Shown here one piece after another: positions 37,353-46,349 of a stretch of 64,000 nt of DNA; within the stretch, counting starts at the first letter, position 1, and the number at the start of each line of letters is the position of its first letter. A program made the position numbers and the translations under genes. The stretch lies in the IMG/VR virus record IMGVR_UViG_3300013830_000222, positions 2,140 to 66,139 of that record; one strand, 5' to 3'. Under the pieces are notes generated by a model. That model was given only the letters and a program-made list of their open reading frames with translations. It was not told the origin of the DNA and did no database searches. The stretch is from a virus.

Positions 37353-39113
37353 ATGGATAATTCGAAAATTTATGAAGAAATAATGTTGAATGGATGCTTT
37401 AATAAAATGAAGTCCATACGCAATGCCTGGAGCGACAATAAGAAGGAGAGTGTGTATGGCCTGCCATCTATTATTGACATAGGTGGATCCGATTATAGAT
37501 CCTATTCTTTCATTATGAAACAGTGCGAATCACTCATATATGAAATGATTCCATATTTAGTGATTGAACTAATGAGAGCATATAATATAACAGCTCAGTT
37601 TTACAAAATAAATCAGAACGATGCTCATATATATTCTGTGTCTGAAAATAAAAATTGGCCTGATTATGTTGAGCAGTCTAATAGAAAACAGGTATTTGCT
37701 TTTAGCTGCAAAGGTGATCAGAAGGAAGGACTGTATATTTTTAAGGAGTTTGGAATTGGAAATCATATCCCGAAGAGTCTTCTTGAAACAATTAAGAAGG
37801 AAAATGGTTTAAAACTTCACTGCTATGTTTCGATAGTTGAAAATGATGCATATTCTGAAGTAATTAATCACAATGACGATGAAAATGATCCGACCAGAGG
37901 AACTGGCATATACTCACTCAAGCAATTTTTCGATTTCTTTTTTGGGCCAGAAGAATATGCAGTGTTTAAAAAGTTCGCAGATATTTTCGCGGAGAAGGTT
38001 CGTGATTATTTTGGGTTTGAGATAGTCAGGACAATAAAACCTAATACATTGCATAATTTCAGAAGTGTAGTTAGAGATGATATAGCTTCCTTCGATGTAA
38101 CAGAGCTTGATTCAGATTCAAGAATCTCTGATAGTCAACGAAACCTAATTGAAGAGCAGTTCTTCAAAGAGAAAAATTACGAGATTCTAACTGGATCAAG
38201 TGATTTTGCGCAAAGCTATATGACAGCGGAATGGCTTTATAAATCGTTATCCGGTGCGGGTAAAATTGATTTGACTGCTATTGCAATGGGATATTTCAAG
38301 GCTATAGAACAGCTCCTGTTCCATTACCTTGAACTTCACACCATAGAAAAGGATGGGGTAACCCGCACGGTTTTTGTTGGTCGAGGCAAACCTTATGCTG
38401 ATCCAAGGGGAAACGCGGATCTGACTGATGCACTCATAAGTGATGAAGAAAAAACAAAAGATATAAATCTGGGATCTCTTACGGGCATGTTTGGCTATTA
38501 CGATGGAAGAAGAGGCCAATACTATTGGAGAAACCGAGATTTGCTGGTTAGTGGAATTGATAATGATACCTATGAGTTCATAATAGACACTTTTACCGGC
38601 ATAGTTGGTCTGCGAAATGGTTTCTTCCACAAACATAATCTCACAGATTGGTCGAAAGTAGTTGATGCCAGGAATAGTGCACGGCTGATATTCTATTTGC
38701 TGCTTGGAGCATACAAAATAAATGAAAGCGATAAAACAGCGCTCGGACTGATTCAAGTGGATGAGCATGATGACTATTATAAATTATGTGATTACATGAA
38801 TGAAAAAGCCTATGGAATTAGCGGACTTGATATTCCAATTTTCTATTTAAACGGACAAACGGATCCATATGGATTCTGGATGGGGTATCGTGACGACTAC
38901 ATAGAATATGACAATTACGGTGAACCTGTGTACTCTGGCGTATACTTCAGGGAATTACATGATAAGCAGCACATCAGAAAGGCTACGAGGGAAAATTTAC
39001 CTACAGAAATATGGGAAGGAACAATGAGTATAAGCAGGAGCGTTCCGATTGAAATCAAACCTTCCGGACCTCAGAAGAAGATTTATCAAGATGGAAAATT
39101 TGTTGGCGAATGA
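37353..39113 (+). CDS. putative HEPN-domain protein
   Basis: 586 aa, low GC. GYFKAIEQLL helix and LRNGFFH (RxxxxH, nt 38613-38630). Confidence 0.6.
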   Translation: MDNSKIYEEIMLNGCFNKMKSIRNAWSDNKKESVYGLPSIIDIGGSDYRSYSFIMKQCESLIYEMIPYLVIELMRAYNITAQFYKINQNDAHIYSVSENKNWPDYVEQSNRKQVFAFSCKGDQKEGLYIFKEFGIGNHIPKSLLETIKKENGLKLHCYVSIVENDAYSEVINHNDDENDPTRGTGIYSLKQFFDFFFGPEEYAVFKKFADIFAEKVRDYFGFEIVRTIKPNTLHNFRSVVRDDIASFDVTELDSDSRISDSQRNLIEEQFFKEKNYEILTGSSDFAQSYMTAEWLYKSLSGAGKIDLTAIAMGYFKAIEQLLFHYLELHTIEKDGVTRTVFVGRGKPYADPRGNADLTDALISDEEKTKDINLGSLTGMFGYYDGRRGQYYWRNRDLLVSGIDNDTYEFIIDTFTGIVGLRNGFFHKHNLTDWSKVVDARNSARLIFYLLLGAYKINESDKTALGLIQVDEHDDYYKLCDYMNEKAYGISGLDIPIFYLNGQTDPYGFWMGYRDDYIEYDNYGEPVYSGVYFRELHDKQHIRKATRENLPTEIWEGTMSISRSVPIEIKPSGPQKKIYQDGKFVGE

Positions 39114-39148
39114 TATCCAGCCACCAAAAATGTGGCGGAGAATATGTG

Positions 39149-39189
39149 TTGACCTATCTTGACACAAGCTGATGAATGCCACCGGTCGA
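39149..39189. other. probable attR junction of prophage 1
   Basis: Non-hsdR sequence TTGACCTATCTTGACACAAGCT is joined to hsdR codons GATGAATGCCAC (DECH). Imperfect arms TTGACC / GGTCGA. GC content shifts here. Confidence 0.55.
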
Positions 39190-40979
39190 TCTACAATGTG
39201 TGGTCGCAGGTGCTGGAATACTTTGATGCTTTCATTATCGGCCTGACCGCCACACCAGAGAAGAGGACATTTGCGTTCTTTAACCAGAATGTGGTCAGCG
39301 AATACTCCCGGGAGAAAGCAATCATTGACCGGGTTAATGTCGGCGAGGACATCTATCTGATCAATACCGAAATCACCCAGAATGGTGCTATGATCATGAA
39401 ACGTCTGGCAGAATACCGGGATCGTCTGACCCGGGCAAAGCGCTGGCGGCAGATGGATGAAGATATGGCCTATAATCCGGGAATGCTGGATGTGGACGTT
39501 GTGAATCCGAGCCAGATCCGTGCTGTCATCCAGACATACCGGGACAAGGTATTTACGGAGCTGTTCCCGCGAAGAAAGAATGTGCCGAAGACACTGATCT
39601 TTGCCAAAAATGACAGCCATGCCGATGATATTGTTCAGATCGTCAGAGAAGTGTTCGGTGAGGGAAATGAATTCTGCCAGAAGATTACTTGCAAGGCAAA
39701 GAAGGCAGACGAGGCTCTGAGCAATTTCCGCAATCAGTTTTATCCTCGCATTGCAGTGACGGTCGAAATGATCGCTACCGGAACGGACGTGAAACCTCTG
39801 GAGTGTCTGATCTTTATGCGTGATGTCCGGAGCAAAGGCCACTACGAGCAGATGCTCGGTCGCGGAACCAGAGTGCTGAAGCTGGAAGACCTGAAGATGG
39901 TTTCCGGTGATGACGCTACAGAGAAAGATCACTTTGTCGTAATCGATGCGGTCGGCGTAACAAAATCCAAGAAGACGGAAACAAGGCCACTGGAGTATAA
40001 GCCCCATGTAAGTCTGACAGAGCTTATGAAACGGGCATCGCTCGGAACAAAAGATCCGGAGATTCTTACATCACTGGCAAATCGTCTAATCCGGCTGAGC
40101 ACAAAACTGAAACCAGAAGAACTTGACGAGTTTGAAGCAAAAGTCGGAAAGCCGATCAGTACTGTTGCAGAAGACCTGCTTAACGCATTCGATGAGGATG
40201 TAGTTGCCGCGAGAGCCGGAGTTGAGCTTGACCCGGACAGAGATCCAAGCCCGGAAGAACAGGTGAAACTTGACGCTGCTCAGGAGGAGCTGATCAAAGA
40301 AGCAGAACAGCCTTTCAACGATCCGGACAACCGGGATTATATTGAAGACGTCCGGAAGAAGCACGAGCAGATCATCGACAATGTAAACATCGACTCCGTA
40401 ACTTATGCTGGGTGGGACAAAGACCGTGACAGCAACGCTGATCAGGTGATCAAGAGCTTTCATGAATTTATCGAAGAGAACAAGGATGAGATTCTTGCGC
40501 TGCGGATTATTTACGATCAGAGATTCGCAGACCGCCCGATGGCGATTCGGAAGCTGAAGGAGCTGTATGAAAAGCTTCAGCAGGAGCATATCACCATTGA
40601 ACGGCTCTGGGATTGCTATGCCATTAAGAAGCCTGACAAAGTGAAGCGTGGCACGATCGGACAGCTGGCGGATCTGATTTCCATCATTCGTTTCGAGATG
40701 GGCTATGCAGACAACCTGCAGCCGTTTGCCGACAAGGTAAACTATAACTTCATGCAGTGGACGCTGAAACGGAACGCCGGTGCTGTGCATTTCACAGACG
40801 AACAGATGGAGTGGCTGCGTTTGGTGAAGGATCACATTGCTGCGAGCCTGAGCATCAGCGCGGACGATCTGGATTATACGCCATTTGACCGGAAGGGTGG
40901 GCTCGGCAGATTTTATGAAGTGTTCGGTGATCAGTATCTGGAGATACTTGATGAGATGAATATAGAATTGGTGGCGTAA
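39159..40979 (+). pseudogene. hsdR: type I restriction subunit HsdR, 3' part only
   Basis: Begins at DECHRSIY, then GLTATP, KTLIFA, TGTDVK, QMLGRGTR and an EcoEI-type C-terminus. Nuclease domain and Walker A are absent. Confidence 0.9.
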
Positions 40980-40983
40980 GGGT

Positions 40984-42105
40984 ATGGAAAAAAGAAAATG
41001 GGCTGATGTTTTACACATTGTAAGTGGAAAAAATCAGAAAGATGTCCAGAATCCGAATGGAAAATATCCCATATATGGCAGTGGTGGGAAGATGGGCTAT
41101 GCAGATGAATACCTGTGTGAGCCAGGTACCACTATTGTAGGAAGAAAAGGTACGATAAATCGCCCCATCTATGTAGATGAGCCATTCTGGAATATCGACA
41201 CCGCTTTTGGCGTAACACCGGATGGGGGCTTGGATTCAAAGTATCTATTCTACTTCTGTGTACATTTTAATTTTATGCCGCTCGACAAGTCTACAGGAAG
41301 ACCGAGTTTAGCTAAAAGCGATCTCCTTAAAATAGAGATGCCGGTACCGTCAATAGATGAGCAGCGCCGGATCGTCTACCGAATAGAGGAACTGTTTTCT
41401 GAACTGGACAACAGCGTAAGCACATTGCAGAAGACAAAGGAACAGCTGGCGGTTTATCGGCAGGCAAGTATTACATCTGCATACCCGGTGATGACGAAAG
41501 AAAACACGAAGAAGCTTTCGGAAATTTCGGATATAACAGGTGGGATCACTAAAGGAAGAGATCTTAAACAAGCAGAGACTATCTTTCTTCCTTATCTTCG
41601 TGTGGCGAATGTTCAAAACGGCTTTCTGGATCTGACGGAGATAAAAGAGATAGAGCTAAAAGCCGATGAGAAGGAGAAGTACCTACTGAAAAAGGGAGAT
41701 GTTCTTTATACAGAAGGCGGGGACAGAGATAAACTGGGACGTGGAACCGTATGGAACGAGGAAATCCCCGACTGTGTCCATCAAAACCATGTATTCAGAG
41801 CGAGAGTAGATAAGAGTATTGCAATACCAGAATATGTCGCTTACTGGTCAATGGGCAGTTATGCCCGCATGTATTTCTTTAGAAAAGGAAAACAGACGGT
41901 AAATCTTGCGTCGATCAATAAAACAGTTCTTTCAAATTTGGAGTTGCCAATCCCCGATTTAGCGACACAGGAGAAAGTTCTTGCCGAGATCGAATCCCGC
42001 CTCTCCGTCTGCGATTCCATCGAACACACCGTGGACACCGCACTCCAGCAGGCGGAAGCGATGCGTCAGTCCATTCTGAAACAGGCATTCGAAGGGAGAT
42101 TATAA
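40984..42105 (+). CDS. hsdS: type I restriction-modification specificity subunit
   Basis: Two TRDs separated by conserved P.P..EQ.RI..IEELFS helices. Ends SILKQAFEGRL. Confidence 0.93.
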   Translation: MEKRKWADVLHIVSGKNQKDVQNPNGKYPIYGSGGKMGYADEYLCEPGTTIVGRKGTINRPIYVDEPFWNIDTAFGVTPDGGLDSKYLFYFCVHFNFMPLDKSTGRPSLAKSDLLKIEMPVPSIDEQRRIVYRIEELFSELDNSVSTLQKTKEQLAVYRQASITSAYPVMTKENTKKLSEISDITGGITKGRDLKQAETIFLPYLRVANVQNGFLDLTEIKEIELKADEKEKYLLKKGDVLYTEGGDRDKLGRGTVWNEEIPDCVHQNHVFRARVDKSIAIPEYVAYWSMGSYARMYFFRKGKQTVNLASINKTVLSNLELPIPDLATQEKVLAEIESRLSVCDSIEHTVDTALQQAEAMRQSILKQAFEGRL

Positions 42106-42108
42106 ATC

Positions 42109-43614
42109 ATGGCCGAATTATCGACACAAACCAGTTCTATCGTATCAAAGGTCTGGGGCCTTTGTAATCCTCTTCGGGATGACGGTGTTTCTTACGGGGA
42201 TTATCTGGAGCAGCTGACCTACCTCATTTTCCTGAAGATGGCAGATGAATATTCCAAACCGCCCTATAACCGTGACAGCGGGATTCCTGCCGGATGCACG
42301 TGGCAGGATATGCGTTCGCTCAAGGGAACGGAGCTGGAGGATAAATACAAAACCATTCTGGAGACCCTCGGAAAGCAGAGTGGCCTTCTCGGCAGCATCT
42401 TTTTCCAGTCATCCAACAAGATCAGCAAGGCTGCTATCCTAAAGCGTGTCGTTGATATGATAGACGGCGAGAAATGGGTGTCCATGTCCTCGGATGTGAA
42501 GGGTGACATCTATGAGGGCCTTCTTCAGAAGAACGCGGAAGATACCAAGAGCGGTGCCGGGCAGTATTTCACACCGCGATCACTGATCCGGACGATGGTG
42601 CGCTGTATGCGTCCGGAACCGGGGAAGACTATCGCAGATCCCTGCTGCGGCAGCGGCGGTTTTTTCCTTGCCTCACAGGATTTCATCGCAAATGAATACA
42701 GGGAGACACTTGACCGGGAGCAGAAGGAGTTCCTGAAGAATAAGACTTTCTACGGAACGGAACTGGTTCCGACCACCTTTAAGCTCTGCTTGATGAACCT
42801 ATACCTTCACAATATCGGAGATATCTACGGCGATGTGCCGGTCAAGCAGGCGGATGCATTGCTGACAGATCCCGGGTATCGTGTGGACTATGTGCTCACG
42901 AATCCGCCCTTTGGAAAAAAGTCCTCAATTACCTTTACGAATGAAGAAGGGGAGACCGAGGACGAGGATCTTGTTTATAACCGCTCTGAGTTCTGGACGA
43001 CCAGCTCTAATAAGCAGCTGAACTTTGTGCAGCATATTTACACGATCCTGAATTCTACCGGAAAGGCAGCAGTTGTCGTGCCGGATAACGTGCTCTTTGA
43101 AGGCGGTGCAGGGGAAACGGTGAGGGAGCAGCTTCTACAGAACACAGATCTGCATACGATCCTGCGTCTGCCTACTGGCATCTTTTATAAGCAGGGTGTT
43201 AAGGCGAATGTGATCTTCTTCGACAAGCGGCCCGCCAGCCCGGAACGTCAGACGAGGGAAGTCTGGATCTATGATTTCCGGACAAACATTCATTTCACAT
43301 TGAAACAGAATCCGATGAAGGAAAGTGATCTCGACGATTTTGTCGCCTGCTTCAATCCTGAGAACCGACACCAGAGGAAGGAAACCTGGTCGGAAGAGAA
43401 TCCTGACGGCAGATGGAGAAGGTTCACTGTTGATGAGATCTGGAAGCGGGACAAGAAGAGTCTGGATATTTTCTGGGTGAAGGACAAGAGTCTCGCGGAT
43501 CTTGATAACCTTCCGGAGCCGGATGTGCTGGCGGAGGATATCATTGAAAATCTGCAGAGTGCGCTGGAAGGATTCCAAGCGCTGCAGGCGAAGTTGAGTA
43601 AGAAAAGCCAATAA
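42109..43614 (+). CDS. hsdM: type I restriction-modification N6-adenine methyltransferase
   Basis: GQYFTPR, DPCCGSGGF, TNPPF, LRLPTGIFY. Confidence 0.95.
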   Translation: MAELSTQTSSIVSKVWGLCNPLRDDGVSYGDYLEQLTYLIFLKMADEYSKPPYNRDSGIPAGCTWQDMRSLKGTELEDKYKTILETLGKQSGLLGSIFFQSSNKISKAAILKRVVDMIDGEKWVSMSSDVKGDIYEGLLQKNAEDTKSGAGQYFTPRSLIRTMVRCMRPEPGKTIADPCCGSGGFFLASQDFIANEYRETLDREQKEFLKNKTFYGTELVPTTFKLCLMNLYLHNIGDIYGDVPVKQADALLTDPGYRVDYVLTNPPFGKKSSITFTNEEGETEDEDLVYNRSEFWTTSSNKQLNFVQHIYTILNSTGKAAVVVPDNVLFEGGAGETVREQLLQNTDLHTILRLPTGIFYKQGVKANVIFFDKRPASPERQTREVWIYDFRTNIHFTLKQNPMKESDLDDFVACFNPENRHQRKETWSEENPDGRWRRFTVDEIWKRDKKSLDIFWVKDKSLADLDNLPEPDVLAEDIIENLQSALEGFQALQAKLSKKSQ

Positions 43615-43625
43615 AGGAAATAAGC

Positions 43626-44630
43626 ATGAGTAATCAAGTACCAGAGACTGAAGAAAAAAGAGTCTGGGGCATCCATACGAAAGACGACAATCTTTTCTTG
43701 AAAGAAAATGTCATTGCATTAGGGTGGCAGCAGATTGGTGATCTGAGCCTCATAGTTCCCGACAGAGAGTCATTCAAAGAAAAATACATAGCGGCTTATC
43801 CGGATGCAAAGAAGGGCTCGATTCCCACCGGTGTCGGTATGCTGTTCCGGTTTTGCCATGAGGTGCAGATCGGAGATTACATTATCTATCCTTCAAAGAT
43901 TGATCGCATGATCAATATCGGCGAGGTTACCGGCGGCTACAAGTATGTTCCGGAAGCGAATGAATATGTACAGCAGCGGAGTGTCAAGTGGCTGAAGCAT
44001 GTACCGCGCATGTCTTTCTCACAGGGGGCTCTGTACGAGATTGGCTCGGCTATGTCTTTCTTCATGGTGAAAAATTATGCCGATGAATTCTTGGCGGCTC
44101 TCGATAAGGGCTTTGCCAAGAGCATATCTGAAGGTGAAGAGGATGACACGGTTGGTGCCACGGCAGACGACATTATAGAAAGCACCAAGGATTTTATTCT
44201 GAAGGAGCTGAGCCGTCAATTAAAAGGTTATGATCTGGAACAATTTGTCGCGGATCTTTTACAGGCGATGGGCTACCGGACAACTGTGTCTCCGCATGGT
44301 GGTGATAGCGGTATCGATATCACTGCTTATAAAGATGAGCTGCCGCCGAGAATTCTGGTACAGGTGAAAAGCCAGGACAGCGATATCAAGGAAACAACTA
44401 TTCAGTCTTTAAAGGGCGCAATGCGCGAGGGTGATTATGGCCTGTTCGTCACGCTGTCAAACTATACCAAGAAGGCGCAGAAGTATCTGGAGAACACACC
44501 GATTATCCGAGGCATCAACGGAACAGAGCTGGTGGATCTGATCCTGAAATACTATGATGATCTGAGCGAAAAGTACCGGAAGATGATCCCTCTGAAGATG
44601 GTCTATATTCCGGTTCCGAAAGAGGAGTGA
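43626..44630 (+). CDS. Mrr-like restriction endonuclease
   Basis: LEQFVADLL.AMGY, GGDSGID, VQVK, GLFVT, INGTELVDL. Confidence 0.88.
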   Translation: MSNQVPETEEKRVWGIHTKDDNLFLKENVIALGWQQIGDLSLIVPDRESFKEKYIAAYPDAKKGSIPTGVGMLFRFCHEVQIGDYIIYPSKIDRMINIGEVTGGYKYVPEANEYVQQRSVKWLKHVPRMSFSQGALYEIGSAMSFFMVKNYADEFLAALDKGFAKSISEGEEDDTVGATADDIIESTKDFILKELSRQLKGYDLEQFVADLLQAMGYRTTVSPHGGDSGIDITAYKDELPPRILVQVKSQDSDIKETTIQSLKGAMREGDYGLFVTLSNYTKKAQKYLENTPIIRGINGTELVDLILKYYDDLSEKYRKMIPLKMVYIPVPKEE

Positions 44631-44639
44631 TCAGCACGC

Positions 44640-44735
44640 ATGAAGCTGATGATCAAGTTCAATGTCGGTGTGTCCGTCGACCATGTATATGAGGTCAAGC
44701 GGATCGATACGGATTTCTTTAATGAGGGACTCTGA
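44640..44735 (+). pseudogene. mrr: C-terminal remnant of a canonical mrr gene
   Basis: KLMIKFNVGVSVDHVYEVKRIDTDFF matches the typical Mrr C-terminus (LMI..NVGVS....Y.IK.ID.DYF). Confidence 0.65.
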
Positions 44736-44765
44736 CTAATAGGTGCTTTTCAGAAAGGGCTTTAA

Positions 44766-45791
44766 ATGATTGAACTTCTACTGGAAAATCTGTTCTCAAT
44801 GGTTGCTGATCTGTCAATTGAAAAAATCGCCGACCTAAGAAAGCAGTACACAAATCAGAAAATCTTATATCTGACTGCTGAACAATATGTAAATGCAGAA
44901 TATTTTCGTTCAGAGTATAGGGATGTTATACCAGTTCTGGAAAAGGATAGGATTCTTGCGATTGATTCCAGAGATATAGAGCCATCTAAATCCATTCAGG
45001 AACTGAGCGAAAGTATAAAACCGGTTTTCGCTTCCATGCTGATAACCGATAAAGAAACATTAAAGCAAGATATTATAACGGCAATTGCTGCGCAGTACAG
45101 ATCAAAAAGAGAACTTGCGATTAGTCTATTTGATATTCTTGAACAACAGAAAAAAGATACCGATGCTATTCTGCAGAAAATTAGCAATGTCGATACTAAA
45201 ACACTTTTGATTACTGACTCGCTCCAGAGAAGAGAGGCGTTAAAAGAACGAGCGATCAGAAGTGGAATAGGAAGAAAAATGGAACAGCTGATCCATTACG
45301 CCTCTCAAAGCTTTATTTCTATTGTCACAAAGAAGCCTGCTCAATCAGCGGGAGATGCAGGCACAGAGCTTGAACAGTATATGAATTGTATAAGAAAGCA
45401 GTTAGAGGATGATTTCCCTGAAATAGGAATTGATTTTCTTCAGAAGCCTGTATCGATCATAATGCCTAATCCCGATGGATCTATTATTCCATTGCAAAAG
45501 GAAATAGAGACGCTACAGTTTTTAAATCTGTTTTCGCGCCAGACACAAGGGTATATTGATGAATTGCTTAAATACACTACTCTGTTGCCGGATGATTTTA
45601 TTATCAAAATGATAGAGGTGGGTAATGTAATTGACTCCAATCTGTATTCCCACGCGATAGAAAGAGGGATTGCCCCGATGTTAAGAAATGCAATCCCCAC
45701 AGATAAGAAAGCTCATGTGGACAGTTTTAAGAAATACTATAGGGAACTTGGGGTGAAAATTCTTTCCATGGAGCATTATGCTAAGTCGTGA
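44766..45791 (+). CDS. hypothetical protein, low GC, in defence cluster
   Basis: 341-aa ORF, no recognised motif. Confidence 0.7.
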   Translation: MIELLLENLFSMVADLSIEKIADLRKQYTNQKILYLTAEQYVNAEYFRSEYRDVIPVLEKDRILAIDSRDIEPSKSIQELSESIKPVFASMLITDKETLKQDIITAIAAQYRSKRELAISLFDILEQQKKDTDAILQKISNVDTKTLLITDSLQRREALKERAIRSGIGRKMEQLIHYASQSFISIVTKKPAQSAGDAGTELEQYMNCIRKQLEDDFPEIGIDFLQKPVSIIMPNPDGSIIPLQKEIETLQFLNLFSRQTQGYIDELLKYTTLLPDDFIIKMIEVGNVIDSNLYSHAIERGIAPMLRNAIPTDKKAHVDSFKKYYRELGVKILSMEHYAKS

Positions 45792-45794
45792 TGA

Positions 45795-46316
45795 TTAACA
45801 TGCCTCCCACTCATCCGTCTTAAACAGCGATTCATCAGAAGAGGTGATCTCGGCCACATCGGCCAGCGGGATTGCCGCTTCATCTATTTTGATGCATCCC
45901 GTCTCCTCTGGGTCGACCTTCCAGCAGATCCCGGTCACAGTCACGTACTGGCCCAGCATCTGCCATGCGAAGCGGTTGTGATCCGTGCAGGGGGTGTAGT
46001 AGCGGACACTGACCTTTACCTGATTGGCCCGGGCCATCTTGCTGTTATAGGTAAGAGTCCGTAGGATCTGCAGACGGCGATTCAGCTCGATGCGGTCAGC
46101 TTCCTCGAGTTCGATCTGCTCCACATACTCCACGTTCTTGCTGTCGATGCTTTCGGAGTATCCGTCCAGTGCGTCGAACGGTGCGAAGATCTTAGCCCGT
46201 CTGCGGCGATCCATCTTGGGATGCTTCCGGGAGAAATCATCAAAGCGGTGGTGCTGAGGGCGTCCGGAGAGGAATGCCGCCGTGTATTTGAATCCGATGG
46301 GGAGAGTTGCTGCCAT
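45795..46316 (-). CDS. YolD-like protein
   Basis: KHPKM...RAKIFAPFDALDGY; downstream of umuC. Confidence 0.85.
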   Translation of the reverse strand: MAATLPIGFKYTAAFLSGRPQHHRFDDFSRKHPKMDRRRRAKIFAPFDALDGYSESIDSKNVEYVEQIELEEADRIELNRRLQILRTLTYNSKMARANQVKVSVRYYTPCTDHNRFAWQMLGQYVTVTGICWKVDPEETGCIKIDEAAIPLADVAEITSSDESLFKTDEWEAC

Positions 46317-46349
46317 GATATCCTGCCTTTCTATCGGCAGGACATAGGA

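Larger units (their letters stand above)
904..39170. mobile_element. Prophage 1: HK97-type siphovirus with triple serine recombinase (left part outside window)
   Basis: Replication, packaging, head, tail, lysis and integration genes in canonical order. Right boundary inferred at the hsdR junction. Confidence 0.85.

Noticed and set aside
37353-39113. Calling the 586-aa protein a Cas13
   Set aside because: Only one RxxxxH motif (the N-terminal RNAWSD lacks His), much shorter than Cas13d, and no repeat-spacer array nearby.
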